Source: Marsupella aquatica
Taxonomy: Eukaryota > Plantae > Marchantiophyta
Assembly (NCBI GenBank): GCA_973895155.1
Contig: OZ316899.1
Span: 8,435,241-8,499,240, forward strand
Reading direction: 5' to 3'
Length of the DNA stretch: 64,000 nucleotides
Shown here piece by piece: positions 1 to 13,571 of this stretch (position 1 is the first letter of the stretch; each line of letters starts with the position of its first letter). The notes under the pieces were generated by a model. That model did no database searches. It was not told the DNA's origin and saw only the letters and a program-made list of their open reading frames with translations. The translations under genes were made by a program, and so were the position numbers.

Positions 1-434
1 GCAAACAGGCTCCCCCCCACCAAGGGGAGAGCCCAAGTTCAAGATGAACAGAAAGAGGACCGGTCAACTTCCCTAGACGAACATTACAAGTAGGATGAAG
101 AAGACGCAACGGCCAAACCTTCGACCACTGCGGCAAACACGTCAAGTGCAGAGCGCCGTTGACTTAAAGGGAAGGAGGTGGCCGATCCTTCGGAGGACGG
201 GTTGGACGATGACAACTCCGACGCAGAAGGAAGCAACGACGATCCTGAAGCTAAATTGGAGGAAGAGGGTCAGGATCCAAAAGAGGAACTGATCTCAACC
301 TTGAGAGGGTTGAACGCGGAACCAGAGGATGACGTCAAGCTGGAAGTCATCGTGGATAATTTGACCAAGGAAAACCAGGGCAATGCGGGTGATGCCTCAG
401 CCCCGAGAGGTCATGGTGCTCACAAGACACAGGG

Positions 435-1346
435 GTGTCACCAAAATCCACAAGAGAACCTAAGGACAGGCGACCCGCAAAGGAAAGACGGTTGGAGGAC
501 CGTCCTCATACAACTCGCAAGGACCCAGCCGCTGAGGACGGTCTGGGTCCGTTGACTCAAGACCAACAACTCATTTATGAGCAGTTGGAACACAACAAGG
601 GGGCCCAGATTAAGTACTTGCTTAGTCTGGGTAGTCAGAGTGCGACGCATTCCGAGGGGGGAATGGTAGTTGGACGGAGTATGTTCCAAGTGAACCAGCT
701 ACCGACTCCTCCAACTTACGACGGGGCCTACAAGCAGAGTGGACAAAAGTTCCTGAGTTGGCTCTCCACAATGGAGATTCATCTCCAAGCGTGTGTTGAG
801 CGTCCCACTTGGGCTACCTCAGCCGCTCCTTACCTAAAGGACTATGCCTTGACTTGGTACAAGTCTTGGAAGAAGTCGCGAGAGGACTCCTCCTTGCCAT
901 TAACTTGGGAAAACCTGGTTGAGGGACTCCGTGCTCATGTCACCACTAAGTACCCGGAGCGGCACACTCAAAAATGTGTAACGGAGATGAGCTCCAGGGG
1001 TGATATCCAAAAGTTCATCACTTATTACCAAAACCAGTTGGCGTGTATCCCAGCGGGGCAAGAGACCCTACATACACAACTTCACAACTTTATAGTGAAG
1101 CTCCCGCCGTTGCTCAGGGAAAAGTTACAGGAAAAGCGTCATGAGTTCAAAACGCTTTCTGACGCCTTTGACAAGGCCACTACGTTGGTGAATAACCGAC
1201 TGGACTTGGCAAAGGTGGGTGGCAAGGGATCCGAGGGGGAAGTTGGGAAAGCAAAAGGTCCCGGGAACAAGCGTAAGCAACCTGAGGGGGCGGGGGCCGC
1301 TGGTTTGGATCCCCAGCCCCAAAATGGAGAAGCTAAGCGCAACTAG
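435..1346 (+). pseudogene. Gypsy gag (retrotransposon capsid-like); an acidic upstream part (ORF 178-555) is probably frameshifted
   Basis: PPTYDG...FLSWLSTMEIHL...YLKDYALTWY...LTWENL is a typical retrotransposon gag pattern. A stop separates it from the downstream zinc knuckle. Confidence 0.85.
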
Positions 1347-1430
1347 AAGACCGGCAATTTCAAGAAAGGAACCTCATCGGCATAGAAAGCAAAGAAGCAG
1401 GCACTCACGGAGCAAAGGCGGGCTGAAGGT

Positions 1431-2324
1431 TTGTGCTTCACATGTGGTGCCATGGGCCATCAAAGTAAGGATTGTTCCACAAAAGGTGGCAAGCCAAGCG
1501 GAGATGGTGGAGGGCAGAAGAGCATTAAGGTAAGTATCGCTCTAACTGAACCCTTAGTAGCTAACAAGGTCCCTATAGGGGATGTTCCTGCCGGAGAGAG
1601 GGTGTTGTTGCAAGAGAAGATACCTGAAGTTAAGACAATGGATCCTGAAAAACTGATTTTTGAGAATGTCACTTCTAACGGTAATCTGGGTGTTGCTTTG
1701 GTGGATACAGGCGTGACCGCCTGCTTCATAAGTGGGCAGGCGGCAACACGTCTTGGGGTGGATGTGCAAGAGTTGCTACAACCATTAGTGTGCAAGTCTG
1801 CCAACGACACAAAGGGGATAGTGTTGAGAGTAGTACATAGACTTCGAGTAAAGGTCATAGGCGAACAACAAAATTTTGTTAGTCAGGAGATGTTCTACAT
1901 TCTAGACGGTCTAGCCGTAGACTTCATTTTGTTGGTAGGTTATCTCAGAAAGCACAATGTTATCTTGAAACCGGGGGGTGAGGTGCTCCATTTTCCCAAT
2001 AAGGGCGGTGAGCCCATCGTTGTACACGAAGTTACCAAAAATAAAGAAAGATTTCTCAAAGTAAGTAAAGTGTCATGGGTGTCTCCGTGTGTATCAGCGA
2101 AGCAATGGTGGAAAGACTTCAAGGGTGGACATGAATGTTTCTTCTTTCATCTCCACCCAACTAAGGAGGCTGCGTCGCAACCAAAGGTCAAGTCAGCTAA
2201 GGTCGGGCCCGACTGCGGTCAAATTCCTGAAATTTTAGAGGAATTCAAGGACATGCTCTCGCAGAAGCTACCTAAAGGTTTACCCCGCAAAGAAAAGTGG
2301 ATCACCAAGTTGAGTTGGAGCTAG
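1431..2324 (+). pseudogene. Gag CCHC zinc knuckle plus aspartic protease
   Basis: CFTCGAMGHQSKDC (CX2CX4HX4C) and the ALVDTG active-site motif. Confidence 0.9.
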
Positions 2325-2402
2325 GTTCGCCTCCTCAGGCTAAAGCTCCTTACCGTCTGAACTAGGTTCGCCTCCTCAGGCTAAAGCTCCTTACCGTCTG
2401 AA
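2321..2402 (+). repeat. Perfect 41-bp tandem duplication that frameshifts pol
   Basis: ctaggttcgcctcctcaggctaaagctccttaccgtctgaa occurs at 2321-2361 and again at 2362-2402. Confidence 0.95.
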
Positions 2403-2415
2403 CCTGAATGAGCGA

Positions 2416-3784
2416 ATGATGTTGAAGAACGCCTTGGAAGAGTTGATCGACCAAGGGTTCATTCGCCCTAGTAAGAGTCCTTACGGGGCGTCCGCGCTGT
2501 TTGTGTCCAAAAAGGATGGTACTTTGAGATTGTGCGTAGATTACTGGGCTCTCAATAAGCAGACGGTAAAGAACAAGTACCCGTTACCTCATATGGATGA
2601 CCTCTTCGATTGCTTCTTCGGGGATAAGAAGTTTTCAAAGGTGGACTTGCGGACTGGGTATTACCACATCCGCATGGCTAAGGAAGCCGAGAATAAGACC
2701 GTGATGCGCACAAGTTTTGAATCCTATGAGTTTTTGGTTATGCTGTTCGGGTTGTGTAATGCAACCACAACGTTCATGAAGATGATGAATACCATCTTTC
2801 ATGACTTGTTGGACCAAGAAGTGGTCGTCTTTATTGACAACATCCTAATCTACTCGAAAATGTTGGAGGAACATGAGCAGTTTCTCAGAGAAGTGTTCTC
2901 TTGCCTTCGTAAAGCTTGTCTCTTTGCTAAACCTAGCAAGTGCGAGTTTGCGATGAACAAGACTCAGTTCCTCGGCCATACCTTTACCCCAGAAGGGATT
3001 ACGCCTAGTCAGGACTAGCTTAAGGAGATCAAAGAATGGGAGCGCCCGTCCAATGTAAGGCAGGTTAGAGCCTTCTTAGGATTTACGGGGTTCGATCGGA
3101 GATACATGAAAGACTATGCAAGGATCACGAGGCCCCTAAATGCGCTAACGTTGAAAAACAAAGTTAGTGTTTGTGTGGACATAGGATTGCAAGTTAGTAT
3201 TCCTAGAACTTAAGCAGCTAATGATAATGCCGTCGGTTCTAAAGTTACCTGAGATGGGGAAGCCATTCAAGATTTGGACAGACGCAAGTGATTATGCCAT
3301 TGGCGCCTATCTTCATCAAGATGGGCGTCTTGTGGCCTTTGAGTCGTGTAAGTTGAAAAATCATTGGATCACACCAAAAAGGGAAATGTATGTTGTGATC
3401 TATGCGTTGAAGAAATGAGAGATTTACCTTAAGAACGGTCCCAAGGTGGTAATCCACACAGATAGCTTGTCGGCCGGGTACTTCAGTTCTAAGCCAAGGT
3501 TGAACCCCAAGGAAATGCGCTGGCAGATGTTCTTGGCGGATTTCAATTTTGAAGTCCGTCACGTTCCTAGGAAGACAAACACGACAGCCAACGCGTTATC
3601 GCGTATGGACCAACATCATGTCAATGGGATCACGATGCTCAAATCCAAGTGGCCAAAGGTTCTGGCCGTGGCGTATGGAGATGACAGGTTAGCTAAGGAA
3701 TGGCAAAGCAATGGGGGTAGCCAAGGCAAGGTAAGGCACGTATCGTTGGGGTTGGATACGACGCATAATGTTCAGTTATGGTGA
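2416..3784 (+). pseudogene. Gypsy reverse transcriptase plus RNase H (stops and frameshifts)
   Basis: RT motifs [28 protein letters not shown] and VFIDNIL (YxDD degenerate); RNase H motifs WTDASDYAIGAYL and NTTANALSR. Confidence 0.93.
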
Positions 3785-3799
3785 TACAAGCAGAGGCGT

Positions 3800-4678
3800 G
3801 TGTACATACCAGAGTCTCTAAGGTTAGAGGTTCTGCAAAAGTACCACGACTCGCCTTGGGGAGGGCATGGAGGACAAGCCGCTACGTATCGCAGCATGTC
3901 ACGAGATGTGTATTGGCCAAACATGAAGGAATCGGTCCTTCAACACGTGCAAAGTTGTTACTTGTGCCAAAATAACCGAATGGTCTATAGGGCAAAAGGA
4001 GGACTACTGCAACCCTTACCAGTAGCTGCGGCTCCATGGGAGTCTATCTCCATGGACTTCATTGTTGGGTTACCTGAGTCCCACGACAGTAACTTCATCT
4101 TAACAATTGTGGATTGTTTTTCCAAGATGGCGTATTTCTTGCCTACTACAAAGATGGTTTCGGCCCAAGAGGTTGCCGGTCTAGTGTTTGACAATGTCTT
4201 TCGACAATGGGGATTGCCATTGCATATCCTGTCTGATCGCGATACCAAGTTCACGGGCCATTTTTGGAAAGCGTTGTTCCGGTTATCCAGAACGGACCTG
4301 ACTAAGGGATCAGCGTATCATCATGAGACAGATGGCCAAATAGAACGGGTTAATGGTATCGTGGAGGACTACTTGCGTCACTTTGTGATGGCCAATCAAA
4401 AGATTTGGGCAAAGCATTTAACAATGGCCGAGTTTAGGTATAACTTGACCAAGCATTTGGCGACGGGGTTTGCGCCGTTTGTGTTGGCCATAGGCAGGAC
4501 GCCAAGGGCGCCCTCCTGGTTTATAATTCCGGAAGCTTGGCAGACGGAAAGCATGGTTCCTTCAATGGACGATTTTATTTGAGAGCGGCTACCAAGGGTA
4601 TGACTCTTGCCCAAAGTTGGTACAAGGAGCAAGGGGATAAACATTGACGCCAGGTAAGCTTTGAAATTGGGGAGAGCA
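3800..4678 (+). pseudogene. Gypsy integrase (HHCC plus rve core), cut by the CACTA
   Basis: YHDSPWGGHGG...CYLCQ, WESISMDFIVGLP, SDRDTKFT and TDGQIERVN. Confidence 0.93.
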
Positions 4679-4691
4679 CACTAGTAGAAAA

Positions 4692-5420
4692 CAATGTATT
4701 TTATGACCAAAACAATGACTATTAATCAGGTCTTTTTAACAAAACAATGACGCAATCGTTCTCGTCTTTCCAGACGCGTCACAACGGACATTTTGGTCAC
4801 CGTCCTTTTGGACAAATGACGCTAAAAAAATGTGGTCATTTCATACTATCCTAAATGACAATTTATATGATATGGTCATAAATGTTGAACGGTCCAAAAT
4901 GACGACACAAATCACCATCGATGGTCAATTGTCGTTTACCGGCGATGGTCCTCATACTCAATCACACAACGACACGTGGCAATAAAAAACAAAGAACATT
5001 GGTCATTTTGGACTTGTCCAAAATGACATACATTATATAACAAATCAAATAGTGACACATGGTTCAAAGAGGATTCACCATTTGGCAATATATTTGGGTC
5101 ATTTTGGACGTGTCCAAAATGACTACGGTATAAACAAGTCATATTGAGACACGTGGTTCAATTGGGAGGAGACACATAAAGATACACATTAGTCATTGAT
5201 GACATGTCTTGAATGACATAAAGTGAGTCATAGTGGACTTGTTTATAATGACCATGAGAACGGTCATTGTATATGTCATTCTTTGAATCATTTAGTCTAT
5301 GTCTTTAATGACCAGAGTTGAGTCATATTGGTCACAAAGATAGTTGTGGATAATGACCATTACATCAGTCATTCAGGTGAAGTATTCAATGATTTGGAGA
5401 AATTCAAATTTAAGTGATCA
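4692..5420. repeat. CACTA subterminal region dense in ATGAC/GTCAT motifs
   Basis: Many aatgac/gtcatt motifs in both orientations; the same motif saturates the opposite end (~21300-21660). Confidence 0.85.
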
Positions 5421-5727
5421 TGATAGATAAAACTTCATGTCAACCAAAAATCATACATTACAAAGCCATTCAATAGATTTGCTGAATGAAAACTTAAAGA
5501 AACATTTGATATATATCACAAATCCAATTGACATTCATACAAGATACCTTCATAAGTCTCACAGTAACTATTGAACTCAATGCAAATTTATGAAACAAAA
5601 TTACATTGACATCAATAATATTAGATTGTCAATTGTTACAACCTGACATACCAATCACTCTGCATGTTTATAGAAAAACAGAGCTATCATTCTATCATGT
5701 CTAGTGTTTCTTGACAGAGTGCTATTT

Positions 5728-8626
5728 CTATTGCTTCTTAAGCAATCTAGAGTTCCATAGGGCATTCATCCCTTTCACATCAGATAATTTAGACTGGTTC
5801 TCCCCTGCATTGGCAAATGGCAATGCCACATCTACAAACACTTCAATCACACGCACTCGCAAGAAAGGGCTTTCAAAATCTGCACAATGAAACTTATCTT
5901 CTCCTGGCACTATCTAAACTTCTCCTTATCTAAACTTCTTCTGCCACTATCATGGAATTGTCCACAACGCTCTTCATCTTCACCAAATCTCCTCTTGCAA
6001 ACTGTGAACAACACATTTTGTTAAAAATGCAATAAACAGAAATTGAAAGATAGAAGAACACTCAAATCAAACACACATTTACCTTTGCAATGGGGTTAGG
6101 AGACTGCATTGGTTTCTTCTGTGCAGGTGATGCATTTGCTGAGGATCCTTTCTTCCTTTTCTTCTTTCCCTTTCTAGTTGATGGAGTGTCATCCTGCTCA
6201 CTTGGAACAGGAGTTTGTTTTGGCAACTCAGATGATTCTGGGGTTACATCTGGTGTCAACTGAGTTGACTTATCCTCTGGCAACTGAAAGGCATCTGAAA
6301 TGGCTTCTTTGGGCAACTTAGATGGCAAAAGGTTCACTTCCAATTCAGTTTGCTTCAGAGTACTGTTAGCTATGTCAGTTGGTCTTCCCTGCGACACAAG
6401 AGGCTTCCCTAATGATGCTGTCATAAAACACACAGTCACAAAAGAAATGCATAAACAAACATGTATACACCAGCAACATATAATCACACTAAAAACATGC
6501 AAGAACATTATAAACATGCAATGACATAGACACATCACAATAATTACATTGAATGGACAGTGTATACATGATAGAGAATTTTACCTTCATTATCGCCTGA
6601 AAAAGTAAGAGATTGCTTTCTACTACCTTGTTTGGTAGCTGTAGTCAACTTACCGTGACTAGGCACAACTGTTGGAACTTGTGCATTGCTGGTGTGATGT
6701 GCCATCCACGTAGTCATCATGTTTGTCAACTCCCTCACAGTGCCTTTCAACTCAGCGACATCCAATTTCACAGCCCCAATGGCAATGATCTCTTCTTTTG
6801 AATGTGGGGTCTGTAAATGAACCACAAACCAACACAACATTCTCACTGTCAAACTTACAAATGACACAACACTATGTCAAATGGAGAATGATGTACAAAT
6901 CAAATTGGTATGACAATACTCACAGCTGATCCATGTCTGTATCCTTGCCCCAGTAAGCTAGCACTTTTACCCTCCCCACTTGCCAATGATGGGCTCACCT
7001 TTGCTCCCACAAAACTACCAGTCTAACCTTCTGCACTTGCCAATGATGGGCTCATTGTCACCTTTGGCAATGAACCTTGACTACCATGGTTTACTTTCAG
7101 GTCAGATATACTTGGGCTTGATCCTCTCTTCTGCTTCTGTTCAAACACACAATGAATGAGAATCACAGAGTCTATTTTCATCAAGATTCACAAACAAGAC
7201 AGAATTGATAGTGAAAATGATAGACAATTTACCATTCTCTTTGCTGCTGCAGCATGCCCTCCTCTTCCAAAGTGAGAGGTATCTTGCACTCGTGCTCTTT
7301 TATCAGTCATCTGTTTACTCAAAGATATCAATGTTGGACTGGTAAAATGAGATACCAAAGCTGCCCATTTCTTTGGATCAACACCAGATGGCCCAGGTTT
7401 GGTTGGATCCTCATTGCAAACTTTCTTCCAATAAACATGCATTTTATGGCGCTCTCTCTTCAATATGCCACGACAATGACTCTGGAATTTGGTGTTAATA
7501 AATTCCCCACCCACATACTTCCACTCAGCTGGCATGTTATTCCACACTGTGGTTGTATGAACTTGTGGATGATCAGTCCATTTTGGCTTTGATACATCAA
7601 AGACTCTGAGTATGTTGCCACGAAGTTCCTCCAGCCAGTATTGTTTGTTGCCATCAGAATCATCAATATCATTGTCATAAATCTGCATTTCACAGACAAT
7701 GTCAATTCATAACTCTGGAATTTATGCAGAGTCCAAGTTTTATACACACAACAACAGAGAGGAATAGATTTGTCTAAATCTACGTTCAAAAAAAGTACAA
7801 TACTCACTTCAATGTGTTTGGGCAAATCTCCGTGATCCCTTCGTTGTTTGGCAGTATTACCAAACTGCTTCTTAGCATGCCTTCGTTCCCTGCGCATCTA
7901 AGAGGCCCCGCCTGCAATGCACACACATGCATTCAATCAAAAAATATGTACATGATTGAAAAGTTGAGCAAATGCTCTTGCATATGCATGACGAGCAGAT
8001 TGTGTATTACCTGAAGATCCTCTGGAATGTAGTACATCAGATTGACCTGATTTGCCTTCAGATGCTGATGGAACCACTAAACAAACACAACACCAAAGCA
8101 CTTCAATTAATTTCATCTCCAAGTAGAATATCAACTTCCAAACACACCTGAAAAGTAGAACAGTACAATCCACTCACTTTCATATAAGAGTCTAGTGTCT
8201 GGGTCTTTCCAACATCTCACCAGCCCACCTCCACCAGGCCCAGTCTTCTTAGGACCACGATTTTGTTTCTGTACCTACATCATGGACAACGTAAGCATAT
8301 CAACATATAATTTGAAAAAGGGACAAGGATCCCTTCCTATTAGGATGATGAAGTTCAAGCATTACCTGTTGTTCACTCTCTGGTATTGACCCTCCAATGT
8401 CAGAATCCTCAGTGTCATACTCAAAAGGAGAACCATAGCCATCATCACCACACTCTGCCATGTTCACCTTGGTAACTTCTGACAGTCTAGAGCTCCTCCT
8501 CTTTGGCAATGTTTCAGTTGAAGTACCTTTCACCAAAGCAGACTTTCCTCTCTCTCGTTGTACATGTGTGGTTGGGCCTCTAAGGAACAAAGCAATCATC
8601 AACATACACCAATGCAGATCAAACAT
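5728..8626 (-). CDS. CACTA TnpA-like multi-exon gene (Transposase_24-like domain plus C-terminal Tnp1-like exon); exact exons uncertain, possibly pseudogenised
   Basis: Exon ~7230-7688 reads GPSGVDPKKWAALVSHF...RARVQDTSHFGRGG; terminal exon reads RVRVIEVFVDVALPF...ALWNSRLL. T-rich GT-AG introns lie between the exons. Confidence 0.75.
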
Positions 8627-9004
8627 ACATGCAAAATGAATCTACAACACCGTAACACTAGTACTTATGTACAAGATCCATACTAGCATGAGACCAATCT
8701 GGAATATGAAAACAGAACATGAACCTGACAACTTCATCTACTGAATCAAATTTGCAACAGACATATTAACACACACATTAGCATGCAGCCTGGCCCCAGT
8801 CCTAGATCATGCATAATTTTGACATTATGCTCTATGTTCCGCTTTCGGGCCTCCTCATAAGGATTCATAGAATGTGACAACCCCTGCAATCTTCCTTTCA
8901 CAGGCTGCATTCACCAACTGCACAAATGGGTAAACCATTAGTTTGATTTCATATGTAGTCCATACATGTAGTCCATCTATGGACTTCACACACCTAAAAC
9001 CTAT

Positions 9005-12000
9005 TCACTGCTTAGGCCTGCCCTTTCTTGCAGATCCCTCTGCATCTCTGCCTCGTTTGGGACCAGTACTTGGTCCTAGATTTGCTCTGGACCTACAGGC
9101 CTTAGCCAATTTGATGTGTAATTTGGCATTGTTTTCCATTGTAGCATGGAAATCAACGTCTGTGTAATCACCTAACACCCTTGTGGACCTGGATTCTTTG
9201 TGGAGGATTGTTCTCCATGCTATCCCCTTCTCATTGGGGTGGAAGAAAACCTGCTCCACTTGCTTTGGGAAAATGTAATCCATTTTCTTGGACACACCCA
9301 GTTCTCTATGGAAATTCACCTGCCAAAGACCAGACTTGGAATACCTCATACTGGCAGAGGATTTAGGAGTCCATGATGGATCTGCCCATTTCCCTTTGAA
9401 AAGAATCACCTCTTTCCTCAAGCTGTCGTAATTCAGTACCAAGATATCTGTCAAGGCCCCTACATATTGTATAGATTCTTCTATGGTTGCACCAGACTTG
9501 TCCACTCGCTTCTCAGTGAATGTAGAAGCCATCCCAGAATCAAAAGTGCTGAAAGCACCAGAATCACAATCACTCAAACACCCCAAGGATGGAATAGTCC
9601 TCCAATGGTGCCCATAGGCTCTGCATGCCCTATACAATCGTGCCTTCAAACTAGGTGGTGTGGAGTATGCAGATAGTAATGACCACTCAGACTCTTTCTC
9701 AAAATTATGGGTATTGACTAATATTTGAAACCATTCTCTGAAAGGTGGCAATTCTTGGCGGTCAGCTGGAAATTCCACTGGTTTTCTTTGATTGGCAGGC
9801 TTCCTCATCCATTCCTTCCGGAAATCCACTCTTTGTTTGGTAACAATCTCATTGGTAGCATCATACATCCTGCATGGCAACAACAACACTGAAGACATTA
9901 GTGCACGATCCACCATGAATATACAAACACAATGGGGCAACATAATTATGATCCATATGCCTAAGGATAGGAGGGTTTAGGGTTTATGTACCTGTACCAT
10001 GGAGCCACTGTCTCTTCATTCTCCAATATATAATGATGCATGGCCATCATTTCAGACCAATCCAAAGTTATCACCTTTGCAGCCCCTTCCAAAACAATGC
10101 CTGCAACGCCAGCATCTTCCTCCAACTCCCAGGTTCGTTTTCCCTCTCCCTTTGCATCAATCATGTATTCAGAAAGGAATCCCAAAGACTCATCTAATAC
10201 ATAGCCTTTAGCCATAGAAGCCTCTGGACGTGCCTTGTTTCGTACATAACCCTTCAATACCTTCAGGTTCCTCTCTATTGGGTACATCCATCTGCCTGTA
10301 ACTGGGCCACACAAGTCTAATTCCTCCACTAGGTGAATCATTAAATGGGTCATGACATCAAAGAAGCTTGGTGGAAAATGGATTTCCAAAATGCACAGAG
10401 TGAATGCAACATCCATCATCAAATTCTCATACATTGAAGGGTCCCACACCTTCGTACAAATCTGGCGATAGATATTGCTCACCCTAGCTATGGCCAAGCA
10501 AACCCCTTCATCAAGTAATCCCATTGTTGCTAGAGGGAGAATCTGTTGCATGAGTTGGTGGAAATCATGTGATTTCAACCCAGAGAGTTTCTTGGATTTT
10601 GTAACACACTTTGCCAAAGAACTTGAAAAACCAGTGGGCCCTTTCAAGGTCAATAACACCTCCAAGAACCTTGTTCTTTCCTTCTTGCTCAAGCAATATG
10701 GGGTTGGGGGCATCAACAATTTGTCATCGTTATGCTTGGGAGCTGGATTGGGTACAAGCCATAGGTGTTGGCGCACCTGTAAGAGCTTCATATCTTCTCT
10801 CACAGAAGGAGTGTCCTTGGTCCCAATGATAGTGTGCACAATGTTGTGTGCAAGATTGTTCTCACAGTGCATGGGATCTAGACAATGGTTAATGAGTAGT
10901 TTCTGCAGTGGACACACAATTCAGAAATTAGGGCATTGATACAACTTTTGGCATCATTGGGCAGTAGTTTGTTCAGTAGACACAATTCATAAATTAGTGC
11001 ATTGAATACAACAATTACAAAATCTGGGCTACAGGAAGTATATGAAGAGAATATATTTCAAAGTCATATGAAGAGATTGCAGAAATTCATTGTAGTAGTA
11101 TGGAGTCTTACATTCCAATAGGGCAACTTGTACAGACCAGTAGCCCTCTTCACTCCATGCACCTTTATGGGGCATTTCTCATCCTCAACCTTGGTTCCTC
11201 CCTTCTTCAAATATTTTGTTGTCTCGTCTCCCCACTTCTTTCTATCAGAGCTTGTCATTCTACACGGTGCAGGTCGACTCTCAATTGCACCATCAAAGTA
11301 TTGTGCACTGTCTGGTCTACGAAAAAGATGCCTTGCTGCTAACCGTTGACGGTGGCCACTATACTCTAATTTCTGCAAGTGCTTAGAACCACATGCCACA
11401 CATTTTGGCCCACAGATGACACATCCTTTGTATCCAGAGTGTTGTTGTCCAGATATTAAACCATATGCAGGGTAATCATTGATTGTCCACAGTAGCACAG
11501 CCCTAAGGTTGAAGTGTTGAGACAATCCTGGGCGTGGCAATTTGTCAAAGCAGGGCACTCCTTTCTTCCACAACAGCTCCAGCTCCTCATAGAATGGGCC
11601 CAATATTATGTCCAGCTGTTCCTCTGTTATTGAATCAGGTCCTGGAATCAGCATAGCTAGCATGACAAAGAACTTCTTGGTGGTAAGTCAAGGAGGTAAA
11701 TTGTAATTCAACAACAGTATTGGCCAGGTAGACCAAGTTGTGGAATTATTCCCAAAGGGATTCACCCCATCAAGTGCCAACCCAAATCGCACATTCCTTG
11801 GTTCAGCTGCAAATTTCCGATCAATATTTGTATCCACATGCTTCCAAGCCTTTGAATCTGCTGCGTGCCAAACCATGTTGTCTGTGCTTCTATTCTCATG
11901 ATGCCAAGTCATGAGTTTAGATGTACCAGTAGTGGCATACAATCTCTTCAACCTGGGAATTATAGGGAAATACCGCACCACCTTCCTTGCCTGTAATGAA

Positions 12001-12971
12001 TTCCCCACTCTCTTCATCTTGGGCTGCTGACACACTGAACAATTTTCTAACTTGGCATTCTCACCCCTAAAGAGCATGCAACCTTTCTCACAGACAGGGA
12101 TTCTCTCATAATCCAAGCCAAGCTTTCTCAATAGCTGCTTTGCAGCATATAAGTTCTTGGGCAGATTATGCTCTGCAGGCATATCATGCTCCCCCATCAA
12201 AGACAACAACGCATTCACTCCTTTGTTTGAGAATCCATGGCCATGACAGATGTTCAGCAGAAGCAACATGAATGACACAACATCTATTTTGCTGCCTGGG
12301 AACAAAGGTTGCATTGCTGCATCTAAAGATAACTGTGTAGGATCAGTCTCCACAGGAGTTTTGGAGGTTTCAAGGGGGTTTAGAGGATGGGCACCTCCTT
12401 CACTCTCATCATCCCCAAGTACAAAATCCAAGTCAAAACGGTCCTGATCATCTAGTTCATGCTCAGGGGATTCTTCACTGGTTCTCAGCAACGTTTCTTC
12501 CAATAGAGCCCTGATATGTTCTTCGACATCTATAGTTGGATGTTCTTCAACATCCACAGTTGGATACTCTGGAACATCTACAAATAAATGTTCTTCAACA
12601 TCTACAGTTGGCTGTTGTGCACAGGTTGCCTGCTGAAGGTTTGCTACCCTCAATGCCTCAGGGCCATGTTGTGACATGTAGTCAGCACCCCACTCTTCAT
12701 CAGAAGAGTCTTGTCCCTCTCCCACCCACACTCGACATGCAGGGTACCGACCATGTTTAATAACGTGCAGTCTAGCAGTATTCCGATTAGTCCTATAATT
12801 CCCTTTGCAGTTCACACAAGGGCAGTACATCTTATGGTCCCCACTCTTGTGGCAAGCCTTCTGTTCTCGAACCCACAAAGCATCATCACGATGTTGTACT
12901 CTAGCTGGATGGAAGAGCAACAACTTTGGAGTTCTACCCACACCTAACGTATTATGTGGCAATTGTGCCAT
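9005..12971 (-). pseudogene. CACTA TnpD transposase (Zn motif, Transposase_21, DUF4218, DUF4216), intron-containing, with one premature stop at 11688-11690
   Basis: MYCPCVNC...HVIKHG, RNVRFGLALDGVNPF, NYNLPP*, LLWTINDYPAYG, LDPMHCENN, LSGLKSHDFH, FPPSFFDVMTHL, RWMYPIER and QVEQVFF. Confidence 0.95.
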
Positions 12972-13571
12972 GCTAGCTTGATTGAAATTGTATTCAAACT
13001 ATGATTTTCAAACTGAATCAGTGTAACATGCATACAAAATTGGGCCTACCGTCACAGTTGTACAACCAATGCCAACCACTGTCCAATTGCTCAAACCCAC
13101 AGAGCCCAGTTTCTCAAATCCACTGTAGTGAGGCACCTTCTCCTTCTTGCATACAAATAGAGCATCACATACAGTGTCATCAGAATGATACTATGAACGT
13201 AAAGCTTTGTGCCTTCATCATTTCCAATATTTGTTTGCCTATTAGGAATGTGAGCAGACAGGTTTGGAATAAGTAATGTTTGTGACACCAGTGACAAATT
13301 TACAAGTGAGGTTTAGACATCAACAATGACCCGAGTCACACTCAAAGCACATGCATGAAAATCGGAATCCTACCCTGGAAAAGATAGTAAAGCTGATTTC
13401 TCAAAATTAATTGCCTCAATCCGCAATGCACTGTCGTAGAGTGTGTATACATGAGGAGTTCATCAAACTGCATATAAATAGTCCACATGTTTTAGCACTC
13501 TGAAAATTGTTTAAGTCCACGTGAAACCATCAAAAAGCTCTATCTCAAGTTTGTGTTCCATCCAGCCTCAA